The translations under genes and the position numbers were made by a program. 64,000 bases of DNA from Dysgonamonadaceae bacterium (GTDB lineage: Bacteria; Bacteroidota; Bacteroidia; Bacteroidales; Azobacteroidaceae). The stretch lies in contig JAISYU010000030.1 of NCBI GenBank assembly GCA_031269685.1, positions 729 through 64,728 on the forward strand. Reading direction: 5' to 3'. The notes beneath the pieces were generated by a model. The model searched no databases. It was not told where the DNA came from and saw nothing but the letters and a program-made list of their open reading frames with translations. This document shows, piece after piece, positions 30,147 through 39,769 of this stretch. Position 1 is the first letter of the stretch, and the number at the start of each line of letters is the position of its first letter.

Positions 30147-30287
30147 ATGAAAACATTATTTTTTTACTTACTGGAAAACGGTCTGTTATTCCTGTTATTA
30201 ATCTTTTCTTTTATAAAAGAGCGACAGTCATACTTCAATTATGAAGATTATAAAATCAAAAAATCCGCCGGATTTTGGATGATATAA
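30147..30287 (+). CDS. Putative 46-aa small membrane peptide
   Basis: Manual translation MKTLFFYLLENGLLFLLLIFSFIKERQSYFNYEDYKIKKSAGFWMI; downstream of TACCTTTG (30095-30102) with A-rich leader; below the ORF-track cutoff. Confidence 0.35.
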   Translation: MKTLFFYLLENGLLFLLLIFSFIKERQSYFNYEDYKIKKSAGFWMI

Positions 30288-30291
30288 TTAT

Positions 30292-30550
30292 GAACCAAGT
30301 CCGAACCAACTCCGTTGCAAGTCCGTTGCAAGTCCGAACCAACTCCGTTGCAAGTCCGAACCAACTCCGTTGCAAGTCCGAACCAACTCCGTTGCAACTC
30401 CGAACCAACTCCGTTGCAACTCCGAACCAACTCCGTTGCAACTCCGAACCAAGTCCGTTACAACTCCGAACAAAATCCGTTGCAACTCCGAACCAACTCC
30501 GAACCAACTCCGTTGCAACTCCGAACAAAATCCGAACAAAATCCGAACAA
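30292..30550. repeat. 11-bp two-monomer array (A=GAACCAACTCC, B=GTTGCAACTCC), 23 full units plus a partial unit
   Basis: Order read directly: AABBABABABABABABABAABAA, then GAACAA running into the ATG at 30551. Confidence 0.95.
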
Positions 30551-32596
30551 ATGAAGATAATAACAGTAATAATCTTGTCACTAAACTTACTGCAAATTCA
30601 CGCACAGGAAAATCCCAAAAATACCGAATGGATGGATTTCCTCGAAGAACTCTATATGACGGAAGACGCAGACCCTGCAAGTATCGAACAACTGTATGAC
30701 GATCTGTCATACATCAGTGAACGCCCCTTTAACTTGAGAACCGTTACCCGGAAGGAACTCGAAAGATTACCATTCCTTTCTTCCATACAAATCGAAAACC
30801 TGCTTTACTATGTTTACAGGTTTGATCTGGTCGATATCTACGAATTAAAGAACGTGAAAAGCCTGGACTTTGTGACAATTAACCTTCTTTTGCCGTTTGT
30901 ATACGTCGGCGAGGCAAAAAAGACACCGCTCAACTTGAAAAATACGTTGCCTCACGTAAAACATGACGTCATTCTGCGCACCGGATACACTCTGCAACAA
31001 AAAGCCGGATACAAAAAATCTACCGAAGAAGATAAAGCCGCCAGACCAAACAAATACTACCTTGGCAACCCTTATTATATGTCTCTTCGATATGGTTTTA
31101 GGACGAATGATGATATTCAGTTTGGTTTTGCAGGAGAGAAAGATGCCGGCGAATCTTTCTGGAATAAGCACCACAAAGGGTTTGACCACTACACCTTCAA
31201 CCTCAACCTGAAAAACCGCGGGATCCTCGAAGACCTTCATATTGGCGATTACCGTCTGTCTTTTGGGCAGGGGCTTGCTATGAACACAAATTTTATAATG
31301 GGGAAAACTACCTTTATTACTAATATCGCTCAAATGAATGAAGGAATAAAACGACATGCCACAACCGACGAAAATAATTACTTCAGTGGTGCAGCTGCAA
31401 GCCTGAAAATTAATAATTTACAGTTTACCTGCTTCGGATCACACAGATTGCACGACGCCAATGCCGACAGTTTAACTGTTTTCTCCTTCAAAAACGACGG
31501 CTATAACCGCACACTGAACGATATGGAGAAACGCAATTCCGCTACGGTCAATACGGGTGGCGGGCATATACGCTGGAGAACGGAATCGGTGAATATCGGC
31601 TTAACTGCGGTCTATTATTCATTTGCAGGGAAGCAGTTAAATCCCAAGCGTCAACCGTACAATATCTTTTATCTACGGGCTAAAGACTTTTTCAATACGG
31701 GAATTAATTACGGTATGCATGGAAAATGGTTTGCGTTCCAGGGAGAGACTGCTATTGACAGGAACAGTAAATTTGCGACAGTAAATAACTTGTTGCTTAA
31801 TCCGTCTTCGCTGTTTGACCTGGCTATCTCTTATAGATCCTATGCCCGTGACTATAATGCCTTTTACGCACGCGCATTTTCAGAATCTTCGACGGTAAGT
31901 AATGAGAGTGGGTTTTACTTTGGTTGGAAGATTTACCTGTCTACTTGTTGGGAATTGTCGGGCTACATTGATTGTTTCAAATTTCCATGGTTTAAGTATG
32001 GTATTGATTCGCCTTCGGAAGGTAGTGAGAGTGTACAGAAGATGACTTTCAAGCCAAACGATAAATGGGAATTGCAGGCAAGGCACAAGTATAAGAGTAA
32101 AAGCAAAAACAAAAACAAAGATTACAATGAAGGCAGTGAGACGTTTGTCAAGCCGTATTATCAGGATCAATGGCAGTTCAGGATTACCACTGACCTGAAT
32201 AACTGTCTACAGTTGAAAACTCGGGTGGATTACAGCCGATATACGTTTCTTGAAATATTAGAGAAGGGCTGGTTTATTAGTGAAACGCTTTCCTGGTCAC
32301 CGAAATATAAATTCCACATTGACGCCTGTGCGGGATATTACGACACCGGGGGATATAATACCCGCATAAGTGTTTATGAGAAAAGCCTTCTCAATGCTTT
32401 TTCGTTCCCAAGTTTTTACGGAGAAGGATTTCGCATGTACATGGTTGTCAGGTGGAATGTTTCGATGCGGGCAAGTGTTTGTATGAAGATCGGTAATACC
32501 CGTTATTTTGACCGTACGACGATTAGTTCCGATCTTGAGGCGATTGAGGGCAGGGATAAAACGGATATAAGTTGTTTATTAAAGTGCAATTTTTAG
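30551..32596 (+). CDS. Secreted helix-hairpin-helix (ComEA-like) domain protein of Bacteroidetes, probable C-terminal beta-barrel
   Basis: Signal peptide MKIITVIILSLNLLQIHAQE; PFNLRTVTRKELERLPFLS HhH; GEKDAGE and GDYRLSFGQGL motifs; C-terminal aromatic residue. Confidence 0.8.
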   Translation: MKIITVIILSLNLLQIHAQENPKNTEWMDFLEELYMTEDADPASIEQLYDDLSYISERPFNLRTVTRKELERLPFLSSIQIENLLYYVYRFDLVDIYELKNVKSLDFVTINLLLPFVYVGEAKKTPLNLKNTLPHVKHDVILRTGYTLQQKAGYKKSTEEDKAARPNKYYLGNPYYMSLRYGFRTNDDIQFGFAGEKDAGESFWNKHHKGFDHYTFNLNLKNRGILEDLHIGDYRLSFGQGLAMNTNFIMGKTTFITNIAQMNEGIKRHATTDENNYFSGAAASLKINNLQFTCFGSHRLHDANADSLTVFSFKNDGYNRTLNDMEKRNSATVNTGGGHIRWRTESVNIGLTAVYYSFAGKQLNPKRQPYNIFYLRAKDFFNTGINYGMHGKWFAFQGETAIDRNSKFATVNNLLLNPSSLFDLAISYRSYARDYNAFYARAFSESSTVSNESGFYFGWKIYLSTCWELSGYIDCFKFPWFKYGIDSPSEGSESVQKMTFKPNDKWELQARHKYKSKSKNKNKDYNEGSETFVKPYYQDQWQFRITTDLNNCLQLKTRVDYSRYTFLEILEKGWFISETLSWSPKYKFHIDACAGYYDTGGYNTRISVYEKSLLNAFSFPSFYGEGFRMYMVVRWNVSMRASVCMKIGNTRYFDRTTISSDLEAIEGRDKTDISCLLKCNF

Positions 32597-32661
32597 TGGT
32601 GTTCACCGATTTTGTATTAATTTTGCGCACTGTTTATATTACTTACAAAAAAATATTATCT

Positions 32662-34491
32662 ATGCAATTAAGAAATTTAATTTTTGCGTTGCTTTTTATT
32701 TTGTTCTCCAGCAATGCAATGTCTCAGGAAAAGAAAACGGTTAAGAATGACGGTTATCCTCTGGCTAATTTTGCCTTGACTGCCAATGCGGGTCGGAATG
32801 GCGATCTTTTTGGTGAAATAATGCAGAACACCGGCAAACTTGGGGGATGGTTGCAGGCTCGCGGCAAGGTTGAGGTCTTCATTGAGAAGGGCGGTAGAGA
32901 CCATAAATTCTCGGAGTTCGGCAAAAAGACGATAATACGCAACTTTCCCTTTGTGGAGGGCGTTTATGGGAAGTCGCCGTTGAGCCCTGTGAATGTAACT
33001 TCGCGCGCTTTTTGTCCACTTGGAGTAAATAATGTGGAAACTTCCGCATTACCGGTCTTGATGCTTGAACTAACATTAGGATCGGCTAAGGAAGAGGTAT
33101 TTAACTTGAAGATTCCCGCGTCGGATGCTACGAGATCTGCGAAGATTTTGTTTTCGGAAGGTGATAAAGTAAAAGAACCTTTGGAAAATGACGGTTACAT
33201 GGTGATTCCGGTCAAGTTAGAGCCGGGATTTGAAAAGACAATACGCATTTCCGTCGCTTTTTATGATGACCTGTGGTACAGTGCCAAACAGTTTGGCGGC
33301 GCGGGTGAAATTTCCCTTTACGCACAGGCTAATTGGGAAAGGTTATACAGTGAAACTGAGGACTTCAGCCGTCAAATCCCTGCAACGGGCGACAGAAAAC
33401 TCGACGAATACCTGCGTTGGTACATGGTACCTGGCATTGCTCTCACCCGCGTCACCAAAAGCGGCGAAGCATTGACCATGGGTTATTGCGAATTGAACCA
33501 GCGGGACAGTTATTGGACTTCGTGGCTTCACTTAGTTTTGTACAGGGATCTCGAACGTCGGATGTTGGAGGAGAGTGTTGAGTGGCAGCAGCCCGATGGC
33601 AAGATTCCGACCACGATATTGCCGCTTATTGAGCGCAGTGACGACCTTGACATCAACGCATTCTTCATTTTGCGCGAGGCTCGTTACTACCGTTACTACC
33701 GTGACAGGGAATCGTTAGCCGCTGACTGGGAATCGGTTAAGAAGGCTATGGATTGGCTTCTTTCCCGCGATAAGAAAGGTAACGGCTTGCCGGAGCAGGT
33801 GTCCTTTTGGGGTGATTGGAAAGACGTTCAGGGCGTGAAAGATCGCCTTTATTCGCCTTTTTCCGGTCTTATTTACCTTTCCGCCCTCAAGGAAATCATT
33901 TTCCTTGCCAATGAGTTGGGGGATGTTGACGCGGTTCGGAAATATGAAGTTTTTTTCAGGAAAGGGTATGACTTTATCAATAAACATGTTTCGGAGGGTG
34001 GTCTTTGGAACGGCAACTATTACTGCCAGGTCTGGAAAGACGGCTCGGTTAACGACCGTCTGTTGCAGGATCAGACCATTGGCATCCTGTTTGGCGTTGT
34101 ACCTGAGGATCGGGGCGAGGCTATTATAAAGTCGCTTAACAAGCAGAGCCTTACTCCTTTCGGAACTGCCGAGACTTATCCTTATTATCCTGAAAGTTTT
34201 GGTCTAAAGCCCGCCACGTACCACAATGGCGCTGTTTGGCCCTGGCTAAGTTTCATGGATGACTGGTCGCGTATCACTTTGGGTAAGAAGAAGGAAGCGA
34301 TACGGCTCATAAAAAGGGTTGCGAAAGCCGATCTGGTTGATTCGGGCGACTGGTCGCCTAATGAGCACATCAACAGCCTGACCGGGGAGAACCTTGGTTT
34401 CATATTGCAGGGCTGGAATGCAGGACTTTACGGTCTTATTTACTTCGGGGTTTTACATAATGAGATCAATATTACCGGAATCCCTGAATAG
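32662..34491 (+). CDS. Secreted six-hairpin glycosidase (GH116/amylo-alpha-1,6-glucosidase-like)
   Basis: Start MQLRNL at 32662 with signal peptide; FCPLG...SALPV N-terminal segment; DKKGNGLPE and YHNGAVWPWL motifs. Confidence 0.6.
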   Translation: MQLRNLIFALLFILFSSNAMSQEKKTVKNDGYPLANFALTANAGRNGDLFGEIMQNTGKLGGWLQARGKVEVFIEKGGRDHKFSEFGKKTIIRNFPFVEGVYGKSPLSPVNVTSRAFCPLGVNNVETSALPVLMLELTLGSAKEEVFNLKIPASDATRSAKILFSEGDKVKEPLENDGYMVIPVKLEPGFEKTIRISVAFYDDLWYSAKQFGGAGEISLYAQANWERLYSETEDFSRQIPATGDRKLDEYLRWYMVPGIALTRVTKSGEALTMGYCELNQRDSYWTSWLHLVLYRDLERRMLEESVEWQQPDGKIPTTILPLIERSDDLDINAFFILREARYYRYYRDRESLAADWESVKKAMDWLLSRDKKGNGLPEQVSFWGDWKDVQGVKDRLYSPFSGLIYLSALKEIIFLANELGDVDAVRKYEVFFRKGYDFINKHVSEGGLWNGNYYCQVWKDGSVNDRLLQDQTIGILFGVVPEDRGEAIIKSLNKQSLTPFGTAETYPYYPESFGLKPATYHNGAVWPWLSFMDDWSRITLGKKKEAIRLIKRVAKADLVDSGDWSPNEHINSLTGENLGFILQGWNAGLYGLIYFGVLHNEINITGIPE

Positions 34492-35077
34492 GGCTTCAAA
34501 TTCTCTGAATTGGGGATCAAATTCTCTGAATTGGGGACCAAATTCTCCAAATTGGGGACCAGATTCTCCAAATTGGGGATCAAATTCTCTGAATTGGGGA
34601 TCAAATTCTCCGAATTGGGGATCAAATTCTCCAAATTGGGGATCAAATTCTCCAAGAATGGCGTCAATTTCTCCGAGAATGGCGTCAATTTCTCCAAGAA
34701 TGGCGTCAATTTCTCCAAGAATGGCGTCAATTTCTCCAAGAATGGCGTCAATTTTTCCAAGAATGGCGTCAATTTCTCCGAGAATGGCGTCAATTTCTCC
34801 AAGAATGGCGTCAATTTCTCCAAGAATGGCGTCAATTTCTCCGAAACTGTCGACAAATTCTCTGAAACTGTCGACAAATTCTCTGAAACTGTCGACAAAT
34901 TCCACGAAACTGTCGACAAATTCTTCCAGACGGGAGACAAATTCTCCGAAACGGGAGACAAATTCTCCGAAACGGGAGACAAATTCTTCCAGACGGGAGA
35001 CAAATTCTTCCAGACGGGAGACAAATTCTCCGAAACGGGAGACAAATTCTCCGAAACGGGAGACGATTTTTCCAACT
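34490..35077. repeat. 28 x 21-bp array in four consecutive sequence blocks (8+9+4+7 units)
   Basis: Blocks TGGGGATCAAATTCTCCAAAT, ATGGCGTCAATTTCTCCAAGA, CTGTCGACAAATTCTCTGAAA and CGGGAGACAAATTCTCCGAAA share a CAA(A/T)TTCTC core; units counted from the translated frame. Confidence 0.95.
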
Positions 35078-35097
35078 AAGAAACCATAATTCAATAG

Positions 35098-36387
35098 ATG
35101 ACTGCGGCTTATTATACTTTGGGATGCAAATTGAACTTTGCCGAAACCTCATCCATCGGTAAGCAGTTGGAAGCGCTCGGAATAGAGAAAGAAACCGGCG
35201 GAAATGCCGACATTTGTATCGTAAATACATGCTCTGTGACCGATATTGCCGACCGTAAATGCAGGCAGGCTATCAGGCGTATCAAATCCCTTAACCCGCG
35301 GGCAATGATTGTCGTGACAGGCTGTTACGCTCAACTCAATCCCGCAGCAGTGGGCGGCATTGACGGTGTAGATCTTGTCCTCGGTACCGGCGAAAAGGCT
35401 AAACTTGCGGAATATATCGCCGATTACATGAGGTCGGAAAAGAAAACGAATCTTAGTGGCGTCAAGGCTGGTGCGGCGGAAGACATTGTGGAATTTTCGC
35501 CATCCTGCTCGCGCGGAAACCGTACCAGATATTTCCTCAAAGTCCAGGATGGATGCGATTATTACTGCTCTTACTGCGCAATCCCCTTCGCACGCGGCAA
35601 AAGCCGTAACGGGTCGATAAAAGATATTGTCAAAATGGCGGAATCGGTCGCCATCGAAGGCGGAAAAGAAATCGTACTGACCGGTATTAACATCGGAGAC
35701 TTCGGAAAATCTACCAATGAAGACTTTTTTCAACTCATTCGTGCGCTCGATAAAGTCGATAAAGTCGAAAGATTTCGCATATCCTCAATAGAGCCTAACC
35801 TTCTGACAGGCGAAATCCTCGAATTTATCGCCTCGTCCGGCAAATTCGCGCCGCATTTCCACATTCCCCTACAATCAGGCTCCGATAATGTGCTAAAACT
35901 TATGGGAAGACGGTACAAAAAAGCATTATTTGCGGAAAAAGTCTCACATATCAGGAAATTAATCCCCAATGCGTTTATCGGGGTCGACGTAATAGCCGGC
36001 TCGCCTGGCGAAACCAACGAATTTTTTAAAGAAAGCCTGCTATTCCTTAAAGAATTGCCCGTCGCAAAACTCCATGTCTTCACTTACTCCGAACGAAAAG
36101 GAACAAAAGCGCTCGAAATCAACCACAGGGTTAGCCCGGAAGAGAAAAAAGATCGCAGCCGGCAACTTATTGACCTCTCATCAAATAAAACCCTCGATTT
36201 TTACCGCTCACAGGTCGGCAAACAGCAGCAGGTGATCTACGAACATTCCGTCAAGGGCGGCAAAATGCACGGATTTACCGGAAATTACCTCAAAATTGAG
36301 TCCAATCATGATGATTCTTTGGTAAATCAATTAGTTTCCGTAACTTTGAACGTTCTTAGCGAACAGGATCTTCAATTTATTGTATGA
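35098..36387 (+). CDS. mtaB: tRNA t6A37 methylthiotransferase
   Basis: TLGCKLNFAET, NTCSVT, VTGCYAQL and KVQDGCDYYCSYCAIP radical-SAM motif. Confidence 0.95.
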   Translation: MTAAYYTLGCKLNFAETSSIGKQLEALGIEKETGGNADICIVNTCSVTDIADRKCRQAIRRIKSLNPRAMIVVTGCYAQLNPAAVGGIDGVDLVLGTGEKAKLAEYIADYMRSEKKTNLSGVKAGAAEDIVEFSPSCSRGNRTRYFLKVQDGCDYYCSYCAIPFARGKSRNGSIKDIVKMAESVAIEGGKEIVLTGINIGDFGKSTNEDFFQLIRALDKVDKVERFRISSIEPNLLTGEILEFIASSGKFAPHFHIPLQSGSDNVLKLMGRRYKKALFAEKVSHIRKLIPNAFIGVDVIAGSPGETNEFFKESLLFLKELPVAKLHVFTYSERKGTKALEINHRVSPEEKKDRSRQLIDLSSNKTLDFYRSQVGKQQQVIYEHSVKGGKMHGFTGNYLKIESNHDDSLVNQLVSVTLNVLSEQDLQFIV

Positions 36388-37265
36388 TACATTTTGTAAG
36401 TTTACTGATATATCGGTCATTTTGCCTCCTTTCGGCTCTGCCTTTACACGTGTTGTACGTTATTTCCGATGTGGCTTATTTCTTTGTTTACCGGGTAATC
36501 CGTTACCGTCGCAAACTTGTCAGGGAAAATATCCAAACCTCATTCCCCGACAAAGAAGAAAAAGAAATTCTAACCATAGAAAAAGGATTTTACCACCACT
36601 TCTGCGATACTTTCTTTGAAACCGTCAAAATGCTTAACTTTTCCGAAGCAAGGATGAAACGACATTTCATTTTGAAAAACCATGAACTGGTAGAATACTT
36701 CCTATCCAACGAAAAGGACGTCATTCTTATGGCAGGACACTACGGAAACTGGGAATGGGGAGCCTCAGCCGGTCTATGGATAAAGCCGGAACAAAACAGA
36801 GTCTTCGGATATATTTACAGACCACTCAAAAATCGCGCCTTCGATGAACTGTTTATCCGAATCCGTGAAAAATTCCGCTCCAAAGGATTCCCAAAAAACA
36901 ATATCTTTCGCGAAATAATAAAACTTGACCGCGAAAAGAAAAAATTTATGATAAGTTTCCTCTCAGACCAGAAACCTTCGACAGGAATTGCTACCATGAA
37001 TGTGAATTTCCTTAACCGCGATACAGAAGTTATGACCGGAACCGCAAAAATCGCTCGACATACCGGCGCAGTAGTGTGCTATGTCGAAATAACTAAAATC
37101 AAACGTAGTTTTTATGAAGGAAAAGTTAAACTGATAACAGATAATCCTGCCGAATTGACGGAAGAAGAAATAACAGAACGATACATGAAACTGCTCGAAA
37201 AGAACATAATGAAGCATCCGTCATACTACCTCTGGTCACATGACCGCAAACAGATAAACATCTGA
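36384..37265 (+). CDS. Lipid A / lysophospholipid acyltransferase (LpxL-like)
   Basis: GHYGNWEW, LSDQKP and YYLWSHDR motifs. Confidence 0.88.
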   Translation: MIHFVSLLIYRSFCLLSALPLHVLYVISDVAYFFVYRVIRYRRKLVRENIQTSFPDKEEKEILTIEKGFYHHFCDTFFETVKMLNFSEARMKRHFILKNHELVEYFLSNEKDVILMAGHYGNWEWGASAGLWIKPEQNRVFGYIYRPLKNRAFDELFIRIREKFRSKGFPKNNIFREIIKLDREKKKFMISFLSDQKPSTGIATMNVNFLNRDTEVMTGTAKIARHTGAVVCYVEITKIKRSFYEGKVKLITDNPAELTEEEITERYMKLLEKNIMKHPSYYLWSHDRKQINI

Positions 37266-37269
37266 AGGA

Positions 37270-38307
37270 ATGATGAAGATTGCAATAATCATACTCAACT
37301 GGAACGGTCGCCGGTTGCTTGAACAATATCTCCCTTCTGTCATCAAAAACTCCCCTCACGAGAAAACAGAAATCATTGTCGCCGATAACGGTTCAACGGA
37401 TGACTCCATCCAATTCCTTAATCAATACCCTGACGTAAGAAAAATAATACTTGACAAAAACTACGGGTTTGCAGGCGGATATAATCGCGCAATAGCCGAA
37501 GTTAGCAACGAATACCTTGTCCTGCTCAACTCCGATGTCGAAGTAACCGAAGGATGGCTAACCGCAGCCGACTTCCTCGCCGCCAACCCCGAATACGCAG
37601 CCGTACAACCCAAAATACTTTCCAGCCGCAACAGGAACTTTTTTGAATATGCCGGCGCGGCAGGCGGATACATCGACCAATATGGATACCCATTCTGTCG
37701 GGGTCGCGTATTATCCGTCACGGAAAAAGACGAAGGACAATACAATGCCGCATCCGAAATCTTCTGGGCATCCGGAGCCTGCATGTTCATACGCCGAAAA
37801 GACTACATATCCGCCGGAGGGTTCGATGAATATTTCTTTGCACACCAGGAAGAGATCGATCTTTGCTGGCGTCTAAGGGCACGCGGGCATAAAATCCTCT
37901 GCCTGCCACAATCAGTAGTCTATCACGAGGGAGGAGCGACGCTTGCGATGGAAAATCCCAGGAAAACATACCTCAATTTCCGCAATAACTTACTGATGCT
38001 ATACAAAAATGCACCGGAAAAACACTGCCGGAAAATATTCCTTCTACGTATAGTTACCGATATAATCGCCGCGCTCACATTCCTTATAAAAGGGTATCCG
38101 AAGAACGCACTGTCGGTATTGTCTGCGTACTGCGAGTTTTACAGGAAGAAGAAAGATTTCAAAGCCGCGCGGCAAAAGAATCTCATGCTCTCGACCGATG
38201 ACGATTTCCCGACAGGTGTTGTGCTAAGGAAATGCCTGCCGGTGGAATTTTACCTTAAAGGCAGGAAATATTTCTCACAGATTAAACAATCCCCGCGAAT
38301 GTATTGA
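37270..38307 (+). CDS. Family 2 glycosyltransferase
   Basis: IIILNWNG, VADNGSTD, NYGFAGGYN, LLNSDVEV, WASGACM and EEIDLCWR motifs. Confidence 0.92.
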   Translation: MMKIAIIILNWNGRRLLEQYLPSVIKNSPHEKTEIIVADNGSTDDSIQFLNQYPDVRKIILDKNYGFAGGYNRAIAEVSNEYLVLLNSDVEVTEGWLTAADFLAANPEYAAVQPKILSSRNRNFFEYAGAAGGYIDQYGYPFCRGRVLSVTEKDEGQYNAASEIFWASGACMFIRRKDYISAGGFDEYFFAHQEEIDLCWRLRARGHKILCLPQSVVYHEGGATLAMENPRKTYLNFRNNLLMLYKNAPEKHCRKIFLLRIVTDIIAALTFLIKGYPKNALSVLSAYCEFYRKKKDFKAARQKNLMLSTDDDFPTGVVLRKCLPVEFYLKGRKYFSQIKQSPRMY

Positions 38308-38404
38308 TATTATCAAGAATACCGTAAAGGCTTTCCAATGTTTAAGTATCAATAAAATAATAAATAATTATTATCTTTGCACCTGATTTTTTAAAATAGA
38401 TACT

Positions 38405-39766
38405 ATGGACAGAAGAAAATTCATCAAAAAAGGAGTAATTGCATCCGCCGGAATCGCAACAGGATTCGGAATATTACTTGGAAACCCATCCTGCAAAGGA
38501 GCTAACGAACGTATAACACTCGCTCTCGTCGGATGCGGAAGCAGAGGACTCGGCTGTATTATAAGTTGCTGTAAACTAAACGCAAATGTGGTCATCAAAA
38601 CAGTCTGCGACGTCAATCGTACAAAACTCGGCAGAGCAGTTTCTGAGGTGGAAAAACAACTCGGATACGCACCCGCAAAAGTGGAAAATATGGAGGCGAT
38701 TTTTGCAGATAAAGACGTCGATGCAGTATGGATCGCTACACCGGAACATTGGCACATGCCCGCTACAGTAATGGCTTGCAGAGCGGGAAAAGACGTATAT
38801 GTAGAGAAAAACCCCTCAATAAACATCTGGGAAGGTAGAAAGATGGTGGAAGCAGCCACTAAGTACAAGCGGATAGTACAAGTCGGTTTCCAAAACCGAA
38901 GCGCACCGTATGCACTTTCCGCACGGGAGTATATAAAAAGCGGCAAACTCGGAAAAATCGTAACAGTCAAGTGTTATAACATGCTCGGAGGCGGCAAATG
39001 GCAGGAAGAGCCGGAAACACCCGTCCCTGAATGGCTCGACTGGGACAAATGGCTCGGTCCGGCACCCATGAGAGGCTTCAGCCCATCAATTGTCCACGAA
39101 AACGGACGCGGTGACTGGCTTAGTTACTGGGCTTACTCCGGCGGAGGACTCGCTGACGACGCATCACATGTGATGGACCTCGCACGATTCGTTATCGGAG
39201 ACCCGGACCATCCAATATCGGTTTACGGATGGGGCGGAAACCATATTTTCGGAGGCACTCGCGAGACTCCGGAATTTCAAACGCTCGTTTATGATTTCGG
39301 AAAATTCACCCTATCCTGCGATAACGCCTGCGCAACTAACTATATGACCAAAACGCCGGGCGATGTCAGAATGGACCCAACGAAATTCCCAAACTGGAGA
39401 AATAATGCTACACGTACGGAAATTTACGGCACGAACGGATTAATGTATCTCGGAAGGCACGGTGGCGGATGGCAAGTTCTCGGACCGGATAACGAAATCG
39501 TAGCACAGGAAGGCGGTATTCATCCCGACAAAGAACACTTTGTTAATTTCATAGACAGCCTCAGATCCCGGAAACGACCCAACGGAGACCCCGAAGAGTG
39601 CCACCGGAGCGCAACACTCGTCCACCTCGGAAATACAGCATACCGCGTAGGAAACAAACAACTGCTGTTCGACCCCGCTTCCGAAAAGTTTACCAACAGT
39701 GAAGAGGCTAATATCCTCGCAAGGGGTACTTATAGAAAAGGATACAAAATTCCTGAAACAGTTTAA
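38405..39766 (+). CDS. Gfo/Idh/MocA oxidoreductase with Tat signal
   Basis: MDRRKFIK; LVGCGSRG, ATPEHWH, YVEKN and VGFQNRS motifs; promoter TATCTTTG at 38372-38379. Confidence 0.9.
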   Translation: MDRRKFIKKGVIASAGIATGFGILLGNPSCKGANERITLALVGCGSRGLGCIISCCKLNANVVIKTVCDVNRTKLGRAVSEVEKQLGYAPAKVENMEAIFADKDVDAVWIATPEHWHMPATVMACRAGKDVYVEKNPSINIWEGRKMVEAATKYKRIVQVGFQNRSAPYALSAREYIKSGKLGKIVTVKCYNMLGGGKWQEEPETPVPEWLDWDKWLGPAPMRGFSPSIVHENGRGDWLSYWAYSGGGLADDASHVMDLARFVIGDPDHPISVYGWGGNHIFGGTRETPEFQTLVYDFGKFTLSCDNACATNYMTKTPGDVRMDPTKFPNWRNNATRTEIYGTNGLMYLGRHGGGWQVLGPDNEIVAQEGGIHPDKEHFVNFIDSLRSRKRPNGDPEECHRSATLVHLGNTAYRVGNKQLLFDPASEKFTNSEEANILARGTYRKGYKIPETV

Positions 39767-39769
39767 CCA

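Noticed and set aside
34394-35230. Long ORFs across the four-block array, including heptad coiled-coil-like LGEIDAI/FVSRLEE frames
   Set aside because: Open frames are expected from stop-free 21-bp units. These lack credible starts (one is TTG, and the nearby ATG at 35087 stops after three codons) and have no promoter.
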